The notes under the pieces are model-generated. The model did no database searches. It saw only the letters and a program-made list of their open reading frames with translations, and was not told the origin of the DNA. A stretch of DNA of 58,578 nt. It comes from Vicugna vicugna (lineage: Eukaryota). The position numbers and the translations under genes are program-made. The DNA lies in contig MU058141.1 of NCBI GenBank assembly GCA_013265495.1, positions 62,001-120,578 on the forward strand. The letters run 5' to 3'. This document shows positions 27,301 to 39,190 of the stretch, piece by piece (the stretch's first letter is position 1; every line of letters starts with the position of its first letter).

Positions 27301-30300
27301 TAAAGTAAAAAACTATATTTATCAATAATGTCAGTAAAAAAAAGTCTGATTACTAGTTCAGAGGATTTTATATTGCTGTGTGAGATTCTTTCTCATCCAC
27401 ATTTGGTACCATTTGGTACTTTTTGGTTACTGATCATCATTGGTATTTGGTTTGGTATCCAGAACAGGGAAAAGGCAGTAGAGAAGATTGGAACTGTATT
27501 TGTAGAGTTCTACTAGGATTAGATGTATAATGGTTAGACAAGTTCTTTGAAGGATACATCTTAATAAATGAATCTAAAAGACAAAAAGATGCACTGAGTT
27601 TAACAATTTCTCCTGGGTGTGTGTTCATTAACTTTAAAATATCAGAAATTACTGAATAGATTTTCTAACGCACAGTGATAATTTTATGCCTGCTGATCTT
27701 TCAAACAGCTTATATTTTCTATATTTGTTTTTTTTAAAAAATCCAGAATGTGGCAAATATGCTAAGCTGTTCTGGTACCATCACCATCAGCATTTTGCTG
27801 TAATTGCTCTAGTGAGTCCCATGATATCAAATGGAAAATAAGCCATTGAGTCAAGCAACTTTAAATTTGCATCCAATAAAAAAAAAAATACTAGTAAAGA
27901 TGGCCCAGCACCAGAAAGCAGATGAAAGCATGTTAAAGCAAGTAAACACAATCTGGTCAGAAATAAATAAGTAGTTACTCACTTTGTTGAGCCTGGAGGG
28001 GAAAAAGGAAGAGAGGGTTACAAATCTTGAACTGTAGTATGTGAAGCTTACGGAGGAAGGAGCTTTCTTTGAAGCCATTAGGGGTTACTCAAGACCCTGC
28101 AGCAGGTGAGACTTCTTATCAGAAAGTGCTATAAAATTCTGGAAGCTATCTCCTTCCAGAACTGCTGCTAATTCACATTTTTACAGTGTCTCAGCTGGTG
28201 TTCATTTCTTTCCTGTACTGTAGAGATACCAAGATTACACTGGAGACATTGACTTAAATTTTCCATAAACATCCTTTTATAGGGAGGTATCTGCTTCAAG
28301 ACCTTAAATAGTACGTACAATGCACAGTAGACACATTCTTTCTAATTGTTGCATTAGTTTTCCTTTCCAAAGAGAGTTATTGGGGAGATATTTTAGACAA
28401 GGTTCTTTTTCTTTTAGAAGCCTGGCATCTTCCTTCTTACAGTTTTGAACATCGATAAATTATGCAGAATATTCCCTTGCAGTGAACATTTCACACCTTA
28501 TTTTTCCCCATAACTTAGAGAAGTCTTAAGCATCTTAGATTTCTATAGGAATATGTGCAAATTCATGTCTAAAAAATTGCCATGTAAATGCAGAATATTT
28601 AAAACCAAGGGATTCATTTATGATTAATAAGGTCTACAGAAATCAGAGAAGAAATAATAAAGGACAATCATCTCTTTTTTCCTATGGGCTACAGAGGCTG
28701 CAGAGACTGTTTTCTCTCTCATTTTCACCAAGAAAGGCATGATGACAGGAGGTCTGAAAGGAAGGAGACAGCCAGGGAAGGGTATGCTTTGAAGGAGTTT
28801 ATTTAAATAAGTATTTCTTGAATTGGATTGAACTAAACTAAATTGAAGAGAGTGATGAGAATTCTATGTGTGGTATTTCAGGACTTAGAAGTTTTGGAGA
28901 TTTTTGCTACAGAGGCAGTATTTGAAGCTGTTGGGTTTCTAAGGCTTGCAAAGATGCTTTTATCTTAAAAACTATAGAGTGACAAGTATGTAATTGGATG
29001 CCCAGAGGAGAAGGACCAGGCGGCTGCCTGCTGTCTCTAGGGGGCTATGGTCAAGGAGGGGAAAAATGAACAAGAGTTTGGATCTTTACCTTTATTGGAT
29101 TTTGGGGGGCACTGACTGAAATGAGAATCTAAAAAAGGTCTATGAATGCTATCAAAAAAATTGTGTGTGTTGTAAAAAATATAAAAATAATGTTATATGC
29201 GGTGTCAGGGAGCATACATAGCCTCTGAAGTACGGCCACAGAGCGCTAAATTTAACAACCCCTGTTCTAGGCAGATTTTATATGTTTTTCCATACACAGA
29301 CAAAAAAGGAAATGAGAAATCAAAAGAAATGTTCTCCTCAGGACAGGAGGTTGCTCATTTGTCTAAGAGACATTCATATCCTCATCAAATGAGGAAACCT
29401 GGTCCCCAAACTTATCTGAAAATATCACGTCTCTACAACTTATCTCCTTCCCCACTATCTTGATATATCCAGTCTGAAAATTCTTACCCCCAGTAAAGAT
29501 CCTATTTATGTCTTATCTCTTATATAAAGCACTTTTCAAAGTCCTTTATAAGGCTGAATTGAGCTCCTTCTTTTGTGCCTCAATTATAATTTGTGTCTGT
29601 GTTCAATATATATATACACACATATAAAATTATGTATATGCATAAACATATAAAACTTTATAACAACTACAAATTTTGAACTACTATTTTTATAAATCTT
29701 TATGGAACTACAAATCTATTTTGAGGATGACAGGCAGGTTTTCTATTCATACAGACTCCCAACACTTCACAGTACATAATAAAAGATTATTTATTTGTAG
29801 GAGAAAATGGACATCAGAATCAAATGTCACTGACATAATAAAGAAGCACCATTTGTGCCACCGCTATGGAAAGTCTGAATCTTCTGAATGGAGTGAAATG
29901 GAATTAGAAGTCCATAATGAGAAGTGGGGATCAGCAATTGCTCTACATTGGAAGCACGAATGTAGATAAATAAATTCTTATTCTTCATATCGAAAAAGAT
30001 TGGGGCTATAAATTGGATAGAAATTCCAGTTAACTATGAGACTGGCTCAGTGGGAGATGATACACACTCGGATTACCAGTAGACATATTTAAATTTTTCA
30101 GTGAGGAGCCAGGGATAGAAATGCAAATCCTAATTTCTCTCTAAAACTGTATGGTAAGTCACTGCAGACAGCTGTAATTTAATTAAGAGTAGGATGAGGT
30201 TGTTGGGTAATAATAGCAGGATGGCATTCCCACTGACAACATACAGAACATCCCGCTGGACTTACAAAGAAAGAAAGAAAAAAATTATACTGTCAAGGCC

Positions 30301-31091
30301 ACATTGCTGTGTAGACAACAGGAACTGAATGGACTAAAACCTGGGAGGAGAGGGTTGTTCGAAGGTGACCTGAGGACTGGCAGCTGTTTTTTCTCCCCAG
30401 GGCAATTTGATTGCCCAAGAGGAAGGTACCTCTGGAATAAAAGAAATCAGAAAAGATTTTAGAGTTCACATGGCATTGGAGTAGAAATATGGGGAAGTGA
30501 AGGTCTTCAAATGCTTTGCCAGTCTTTCCATCAAATATTTGTTGAATTATGATTCTGTAGATGGCTAAGGGCCAGGCTGAAAGCTTCTGAAAGCCAGAAT
30601 GTAATTGTCACATCCCCAGAGATTTGTGATTCTTAGGTTGAAGAAAAAAAAAAAAGACTCATGAATAGATGAAATCTGAAAGCCCTCCAGAGAATGTCAC
30701 ATTGAGCCTGAGGATCTATAGGGCCTTCACACCTAGGGGTATTCAACAATTCTCAGTGCCTCTCTAGGCTGAAAATACAGACTTGGTCCCTTGAAAAATG
30801 GCCACTGCAGGAGAGAAAAGAAAGCAAGAAATGCTCTGTTCTTCATGCAAAGTGGCAAAGCACACAGCTTATTCCTTCCTGGAGGCTTCTGTCAGTCGTT
30901 GCAGCAGCATCAAGCAAATGAAAAAGAGGCTGAGAATTTCTGAAGGGAGGAACTAAATAGTCTGAAGAATTTGGAGACAAGAGAGATAGAAAAGGTTTCA
31001 CCCTCTTGGAAAAAGGATGAACAGTGGTAGACGTAAGCTTTCCAAATGGCAATTTAGCCTGATCTTCCTCAATCTCTGATTGAATTGTAGT

Positions 31092-31626
31092 GATATATTA
31101 ATTGCTTTATAACCAAAGAAATAGAACCAATAGAGAATCTATATTAATGTCTGTATCTATATCTATTTTTCTTTATATCTACCTATTGATCAGATCATTT
31201 TAAGGAATTGGCTCATGGGGTTGTGGAAGCTACAAAGTCTGGAATCCATAGGAAAGGACAGCAGAGTATCTCAAAATTCAGGTTAGAGTAGCTGTTGCAA
31301 TCCTGAGTTATAAATCCACAGGACAGGTCAGTAGACTAGAAACTCAGACAGGGTTTCTATATTAAAGTTTTGAGGCTGAAGTCATTTTCCTTTGGGAAAC
31401 TTCAGTTTTTGCTCTTAAGGTCTTCAGCTGATTGGATGAGGGCCACCCACATTATGGAGAGTAACCTGCTTTAATTATATTTTACTGATTATAAAGATTC
31501 ATTATAAAGGTTCATCTAAAAAAAAAAATACCTCCATAGCGACATCTAGACTAGTGAGACTAGTGTTTGACCAAACAACTGGTCACCACATCCTAGTTAG
31601 GTTGAGACATAAAATTAGTGATTACA
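31092..31626 (-). mobile_element. ERVL solo LTR (MLT2-like)
   Basis: agaaatagaaccaatag, ttttaaggaattggctcatg, gattggatgagggccacccacattatggag, gacataaaattagtgattaca. Confidence 0.8.
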
Positions 31627-31639
31627 GATGATAAGCAAA

Positions 31640-32780
31640 TAATCCCATAAACAAAAACAACAACAACAAAAACTTTCCAGTGAAAAATAACCCATTATAC
31701 ATAGTAATGTGGTAATAAGTATCCATGCAAAAAGGCAAGATCATATGACCTATATAAGAATAAAAACAGAGTAGAAAGAGACTATATATGATTAACATAT
31801 TGTATTTAGCAGACAAAACTGAAAGATAACCATGCGACCATGCATAATACATGTGAAAATGTAAGAAAAAGATGGAAAGAACAGATGAAAATAGACTGAG
31901 GAGAGAATCAAAATATCATTTTAAACCAAAAATAAAGTGCCTGATATTCATAAATCTATAGAAAGTTTTCATAGCAGATTGGATATGATAAAATACAAGA
32001 TTAGCCTTCTGGAACATAAACAGAGATGGCCAACATGGAGTTATGTATATAAAAAATACATAAACTGAAATGCAGGCAGAAAACATTATGAGAAAAAAAT
32101 AGGTAAGATCATAGGATGCTTGTTAAACAGAATCAAATTTGCAACATACATGAAATTGGGTTCCCAGAAAGAGAAAGGAGAATGGAACACAAATTATATT
32201 TAAAAGAAAAATGGGTACGAATTTTTAAAAACTAGTGAAAGATATCAACCAACAGATTCTGTAAGATCTGAGGAATTCCAAAAGGATAAGTAGAAGTAAA
32301 ACAACCACCATCCCCATTATAGTCACTTTCTGAAATTTGAAAACATAGAGAAAGCTGTAAACATATTCAGAAGAAAAGGATACATCAACTCCAAAGCAGC
32401 AAGTATTTGTCTGACTGTCTGTTCTCAACAGAATGATGGAAGTTAAAATACAGTGGAATGACATCTTAAAGCAGTGATAGAAAATGACTAGCTACCTGAA
32501 ATTCTACACTGTGCAAAAGTAGGCTTCACAAAGGAAGGTGAAATAAGTATTTTCTTGGACAAAAACTAAGGGTATTTACCCCCTTAGGCATTCAGTAAAA
32601 GGAATGTTAAACTGAAGTTTTCACAGAACAAAATGATCCCAAATAAAACTTGTGAAGGGAATGAAAACACCAGAACTGCAATTATGTGGTAAATATAAAT
32701 GATTACTGAATATACAAAACAATAATAATAATATCTTTGGATGCTGACAGAAAGCACATGACAATAACACAATAGAAATA
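31640..32780 (+). mobile_element. Old L1 ORF1 (or HAL1) remnant
   Basis: Decayed ORF1p-like text (attgggttcccagaaagagaaaggag, gtgaaagatatcaaccaacagattc, cagtggaatgacatcttaaag). Confidence 0.6.
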
Positions 32781-33289
32781 AAGAAGAGGGGATACAATTT
32801 TGAAGTATTCTAAATTTAAGCTGGTTTGTGAAAATAAATGAGAAAATATACTGAATTGTGCAGTTTTGTTATGCACATTTTTCTGCATGATTATTATTCC
32901 TGAATACAAAGTTAGCATAATTTATCTTGAAGCTATCCCACCCTTCATCAGACTCCACCCCTTCACCCCCCGTCAACTCCAGGCTTATAAGTCTGGCTAT
33001 AATTCCCAAAGGAAATGGATGCCAATATAATGGAATATAAAGAAAAACATAGAGAATAATAAAACAAACAAGTGAGTGCCAGGGTTCCATAAATGTCAAA
33101 ATTTTGTCCAATTTATGGTGGATCCTTTCTGCTTTAAGAAAGAAAATAAAATTAAAATAAACTGTAATTCATCAATTGAAGCTTTCTCTGTCCTATCATT
33201 CCTTGTCTTATAGCCTTCTACAAGGCATCATCTTGAAGTCGGGTGCATTTTGTTTCCTATATGTTATATTTTTACAATTTGCATAATAG

Positions 33290-33890
33290 TACTTGTCCTA
33301 AACAGAATGCTTCATCTCCACCCTTTCCAGAAATCAATCTTCTCATTTTAGTAAACTGCATGATTATCAAGCCAGTTTTTCAAACTAAAATCCTAGGGGT
33401 CATTGAAATTTTCTCCTCCCTACTCTACCCATTTATTCCATGAGCAAATCCTTTTGGACTTCCAGTGTACTCCCAGCTGTTTCTCAGAGTCTCCACTGCT
33501 GCCATTCTAACACAAGTAATTGAAATCTGTCACTGAAGTTTCCACCTAGTCTCCCCACTTCTATTTCCATCCTTCTGTGGTTACTTTCCACCCAATAGCC
33601 AGAGAAGTCATTTAAAAAAACAAATTGTTTCATGCCACTACTCTGCTCCAAACCCACCCACGACATCACATTTCCAACAGTCTAAATGCTTTACCCTCAT
33701 TTACAACAACATTGTGATGTAGCCCTGACATGTTATATTGATCTCATGTCTTTCCATTCTCCCTATAACCACTTCAACTCACTGTTTCTGAAACATGTCT
33801 TCCTGTTTCTTAAACATGCTAAGTTTATTTTCATCTCCTGTTTTTGCATTTGCTGTTCCTTTGAATGAGACACACTTCCTCACCTAATTT
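33290..33890 (+). mobile_element. L2 fragment
   Basis: aaaatcctaggggtcattga, ccacccaatagccagagaagtcatttaaaa and ttgcatttgctgttcctttg are L2 3'-region motifs. Confidence 0.65.
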
Positions 33891-34459
33891 TTGCAGGCAA
33901 TTCGGTGTATCTCTTTTGTGCATTCAGATCTTTTCTTTCCTATGTTTCTCTTGCTCTGTCATTGTCTTCTCAATTTGTAAGAAATTCTTCATACATCTAA
34001 ATATTACTGCTTTGTTGTTGTATCATTACAAGTGTCTTCTTTTGTTCCAGGATGTTTCCTTTAACATTGGTAACAGTTTCTTTGGTCTTAAAAAATATTA
34101 ATTTCAATGTGGTTAATTTTATTAATCATTTCTTTTATGGTTATTCTTTCTTGTATCTTAATCAAGAAATATTGCCTAACCCAAAGTCACATTCACGGTT
34201 TCATATAGTCTCTTCACTTTTAATATTTTTAAAACTTTCTTTGACATTTAGCTCACTTTTACCATCTGAATGTTGTGCGTGTGTGTGGTGTTAGCAACAG
34301 ATCATTTTCTAATAAGGATTTAAAATAGTTATTTAACAAAGCATTGATTTTAGTTACAACTCTTTCATCTAAAAATTTCTATATAATTACAGGTATTTTT
34401 ATTTATTTATTTGTCTATTTATCTATCTGTTTTGATTTGTTAGGCTAACAATAAGGGCA

Positions 34460-35875
34460 GTATGGAGGGTGTGTTGCATCATGATGCAGATGACAAATGC
34501 CTCCCAGGTGAAGGTTATCGAGTAAGGCCCCAGCTCGCCTTCCCCAACTCCCTGGTGTTGCATATCTTCATGGGTTAAGCACAATGTCAACCACCTGGCC
34601 AAGCATGCTGAGCTGGGTTTCCTCAACAACATGGCCACCAGTCTGGTCTTCAGCATTGTTGTAGTCAACTCTCCTTCATGGCCCTTGGCGTCCAGAAGTC
34701 CACGATGGACGTGGCGTCCCCAGAACATGCCAGGTTGCAGTTATCCACATCCTAGGAGCCACCTCACTTTTGGAGCCTACCTTCTGCCTGGCACTCCCTG
34801 AACCTGCCAGGGCAGCCTGGCCCCCACTGGACTGCGTCCCAGGATGAGGTGTATATGGTCAGCCACGCTGGCCAGCCTGGAGCCTGCTCCCACTCTTGGA
34901 TGGTGGGGCGGCGAGGCCCAGAGGCAGGACTGTAATAGGGAAGAACAAATCTGACTCCATATTAGATCTGTTCCTTTAGCTCCAATCATGTGCTCTGTTT
35001 CTTGTGCTTAGTCATACTGGTTCTGCTCCTTTTGTAAAAGAATGTTGCCTATAGCCTCAAATACACAGGATAGCCCATTCTCAAGGCTCTAATGTTTAAG
35101 GGTAGAACACTTTTGCATTCATAGAGAGATTAAAAAGTTGCATTACAGAGAATAACATTTGTCTTGGAAGTTTTCAGGAACATCACGACCTGATCTACAT
35201 GGACAGCTGCAAGAACAAAGGATCCTGACCCCAAGAAATTTGCAACAACCAACCACATCCCCTCCCCTTTTTAATATATATGGAGCCTGAATTCTGACTT
35301 GGGGAAGATGGATCTCCAGGACATTAGTCTGTCATCTTTTCTGTCTGTTGACTTTTCAAATAAAGTCAATATTCCTTGCCTCAACACCTGTCTCCAATTG
35401 TTGGCCTGTTGTGCGGTGAGCAGAATGAGTTTGGACTTAGTAACAGGACTGGAGAGCCCCTGAAGAGAAGGAGTGTGGCTGCCCAGGAACTCGGGGCAGG
35501 CCTGAGGATGGGCCACCAAGGGGCCAGTCTGGCTTGGGTCTCAGGATATTTCCAGAGGGACAGGGAGATGCCCCTCCCTCTGTCCACTCAGTAGCACCCT
35601 GGCTTTTTGTGTGGCCCACCCTGGGTGACCCATGACCTCTGCTGCTTCCTAACCCAGGACACTGGACATTCACTGCAGTAGCCATTGGTTGAGGCTTCAC
35701 AACTGGGCTTGGTGGCTGTCTGAGGGAGCTAGCCGGCCTGGTCTTGGGCCCTTACATGTCTTCCACCAGCAGTGACTGGGCAGAGCTCAATCCCCTCTTT
35801 GGGGGTGCATGCCCTCATGTTATTAAGCACAAGCGCCCAATAAAACTGATGTTCCTCCAAAGAAAAAAGCAAAAA
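34460..35875 (+). pseudogene. 5'-truncated processed pseudogene (C-terminal CDS, 3' UTR, poly-A) of an unidentified GC-rich gene, interrupted by an LTR
   Basis: GC-rich island with C/G-ending codon bias across frameshifts. Stop TAG at 34753-34755, AATAAA at 35839-35844, A-tail remnant at 35859-35875 starting 14 nt later. No intron apparent. Confidence 0.75.
34931..35445 (+). mobile_element. ERV1 solo LTR (MER41-like), 515 bp
   Basis: TGT...ACA ends; exact 4-bp TSD GGAC (34927-34930 and 35446-35449); TATA-like tract near 35272-35280; AATAAA at 35359-35364; gactccatattag start typical of the MER41 group. Confidence 0.85.
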
Positions 35876-36309
35876 TTTTTATGTAACCAAGGGTATGTTT
35901 TAGAGCTTTCTATTTTGCTCTATTTGTCTATTGGCACCAATAATTGACATTATTACTAATAACACTCAATCTCTGAAACTTTGCAATGATTGTTAATATC
36001 CGTTCAAATAAGTACCTTCCTATCTGTCTTTTAAAAAATTGTCTTGGGGTTCTTAGTCCTTCCCATACATGTTTTTACATCAGCATGTTACTTTCTATTA
36101 AAAAACTAAAATAAATAAAGAACAAAAATCTTGCTAAAAATTTGACTGGAATTGCAATGAATTCATAGATTAAATTGGGAAGAGTATCATCTTAAACATG
36201 AACACTTCTTATTCTCAAAAATTGATGTAACTCTATTTATTAAGGACATATAGCTGCCCTTCAGTATAATTTTATATTTTGTTTTTTGATATTTAGCTCA
36301 TTTTTTTCA

Positions 36310-37390
36310 CCTGAATTTGTGAGACTCTTTGTTAGGTCTCTAAAGACCTAAAGGCACTAGCTGAAGGAGTCCATGAGTATAAACCACTGTTGCCCACTGA
36401 GGACATGAGACTGAGATGTGGGGCATTCAAAGGTTCACCCCAAAGATCCTGGAGTCAATTTTGTCCATCCTGCTCCCCCAAATTTAAAAAAAAGGTACAT
36501 ACATTTCTAGGAGCACCTGGCTATTGTAGCCAGTGGGTTCCTGAGTTTTCTGGCCTTGCTGGACCACTCTATGCCATCCTCCCGGACACTACCCAAAGCC
36601 AATTTCCTGAGCTTCAGAGGCATTAATCCCCTTTGAAGCTTTAAAATTAACATTAGCCACATTCCTTGCTCTGAGCTTACCTAATTTGACAAACCTTTTC
36701 ATCTTTACTGCTGTGATAATAATGGGATTGCTGCAGGTATTTTAGGACAATCTTTTGCCTCTTAGAGACGTCCTATAACATATTACTCATGCCAATTAGA
36801 CCCTGTGGTATCAGGGTCCAAACTTATTTCAAGAGTTTAATCCATGTCACCTATTTGGAGTATTCCAGAACTATGCTTCTGTCCATTGAAGTCCAGTTTC
36901 TTGATGGGTCTTTCCTAAAATCCCTTTTATGTCTAATTGTTATGCCTACTGGCATCACTGAACCTTCCATTCCTGGCTTAAGTGAATACTGTGAAATTTA
37001 CATGAATGGCCTGAAGCCATGACTAGCTATATACAAGAACTAACTGGTATACTTGGAGCATGTTGCCAGCAGGTGAAAGGAGCATGATCTCCACAGACTG
37101 ACAATACTTGCCATCCCTTTCAACCAGGAGACCAGGTCTACATCAAGGGCTTTGGAAGGAAACAGGCATTGCCACCTTGCCGGGAAGGACCTTATAATGT
37201 ACTGCTAGCCACCTACTCTGCCATCAAAATAAAAGAAAAATCCTCCTGGATTCACACACCCATACCAAAATGGACCCAGATTATTATCCCCAAGATAACT
37301 GGAAGACAACCTCTATAGGTGACCTTAAAGGAAGCTTTCCAGAGCCGGTTCCCAGTCTCCAGAAGCAGATGGCATCATAAAGCAGACAAC
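36310..37390 (+). mobile_element. Decayed gammaretrovirus-like pol: RT C-terminal half/connection, then integrase C-terminus
   Basis: KKVHTFLGAPGYCSQWVPEFSGLAGPLYAIL (ORF 36390..36626); DKPFHLYCCDNNGIAAGILGQ...RPITYYSCQLDPVVSG; CHPFQPGDQVYIK...EGPYNVLLATYSAIKIKEKSSWIH (GPY module). Stops and frameshifts throughout. Confidence 0.9.
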
Positions 37391-37599
37391 TCTGCCCTAG
37401 AACAGGGATCAAGAAAGTTCACTTTCACCTACCCCCCACCTCCTTTATAGACTCCCCATACACAAGCGAATAAATACATGAATAGATACAACAAAGCAAA
37501 CAAAAGACACCTTTTCTTATTAAAGAACACTTTTTTTCTTCCACATTAATTTAATCATGTATTAGAACGCCGACTGGAGGTCACTTGTTTCCCAGTTCT

Positions 37600-39152
37600 A
37601 CTCCCTGTTTTCACTATGCGCTTTCTCTCAACCTGGGTCTTGCCCTTATTAACTATTACTTTTAAGCCATACACCCCCTTACGCCAGTTCACCAAACCCT
37701 GGTCATGCTAACTAATCAGACTAACTGTTGGTTATGTCAACGTCTATCGTGAGTCTGAACTAGTTCTCATTTCTGCCGGTGTGAACACCTAGTGAACTAA
37801 ATGCAGAAGATGAAGGAACGACAGCGCATGGTACCCATGGCTAGAGAAAAATCAGTCTGCCTCTTCTTCTAGTGAGTTATGTAGGCCCAGGAAAATCTCT
37901 GTAGAAACTCAGGGACTTCACCAGATGAAGACAATTGGTGAAAATTTTTCCCTTTATATTAAAAACAGACATGTCCCTGGATCTTTCCTGGGTGACATAC
38001 CAGGGCAATATTGCAGCCAAATTCTGGCTTGAGTCCATAAATGACATCTTCAAACCTGTCAGGTGACTCTAGCACTGCCTTTTATGCACAGATGTTTGCC
38101 AAATCTCCAAATATTTAAGATGGTTCACAGTCCACCCCTGCACGACTTGGGCTGTGTCTCGACTGCTCTGCTAATTAGACTGCCCAATACCCCAAACTAC
38201 ACACATGAGTGGACCGAAAATCTGGACCAGATGACAAAACTAAACTTTATAGCTGCCAAGCCAAATTGCAGCGATTTCACAACTTGTGAAATCTTACAAA
38301 CTGACAGGAGTACATGGAAAGTGGAGATACGTGGATGCTAACATTACCAGCAGCACAGAATCCCCAGGTCTGCAAAATTATAGACTCACTCTGACCTTGT
38401 CTTTGAGTCACACCAGTCTTTTTATGTTATGTGACAACGAGATATATAAAGTGTTCCCATCTAAATGGTCAGGATGTTATGGACTCCGATACTTCGCTTC
38501 TTCTGTCACCAGACAACTCTACCTTAAATACCAGCCAATTACAAACTTAAGCTCCTCTGTCCATAAAGACATGCCGTATAAAGATATTGGATGAAAAATC
38601 ACAGGATATACACTTGTGTCTCACCACCCCAAGCTATTTTCAGTGTTGAGGACCATAGTCCCAAGCTTTAGAACTTATGAAGGGGAAAAGGTGGTCTTGA
38701 ATCTTTTTATGGTAACAGAACAAGAGTTCAATACCACTATGTGAACTTGAGCTCTGCTCCAGGCAGAAGTGAACAGCCTAGCCTGTGTCGCACTCTAAAC
38801 TGGAGTGTCCTTAATAGGTGCACTGACTGCCCAGGAGGGAGGAGCTTATGCCGTCAGTGGGGGAATGTCGCTTCTGTGTAAATCAAACAGAAACAAATAG
38901 TGTCTACCTTACATCTATTAAAAGAGAAGATTAATATTTTCCATCAGATAAATGAAGCAGAGCCATTTTATTGGACTGGTCTATTCTAAGGATTAGGGGG
39001 CTGGTTTAATGGGGTATGAGGAAATGTGCTTCAATTTGATCTTTTTTTGTTTTGTTTTTCATTCTCAATCTAATCTTTCCTCCCTTTGCAGATCTCTTAC
39101 CACCCAGCAACTAACCCAGTTCTGTTCTCCACAGTCACCAGCTCAGCTTTAA
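37600..39152 (+). pseudogene. Decayed, near full-length env of MER34/HEMO type
   Basis: LTNQTNCWLCQ (CWLC at 37726-37737); GSFLGDIPGQYCSQIL; ORF 38286..38594 HGKWRYVDANIT...LFMLCDNEIYKVFPSKWSGCYGLRY; TM region LLQAEVNSLACVAL*...LTAQEGGAYAV..ECRFCVNQT. Multiple stops and frameshifts. Confidence 0.88.
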
Positions 39153-39190
39153 ATATACGAAACTTACAGGAAATTTTCAGAGGAGGGACC

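Larger units (their letters stand above)
33900..36305 (-). mobile_element. Old L1 ORF2 fragments (33900-34440 and 35880-36305) hosting the retrocopy
   Basis: ttgtaagaaattcttcatacatctaaatatta, aagaaatattgcctaacccaaagtcac and tttgactggaattgcaatgaattcatagattaaattgggaag are antisense L1 ORF2 motifs. Confidence 0.65.

Noticed and set aside
38063..38594. A functional syncytin- or HEMO-like captured gene
   Set aside because: The env has many stops and frameshifts, including two adjacent stops soon after CWLC; the longest env-frame ORF in the track is about 100 aa with no signal peptide.
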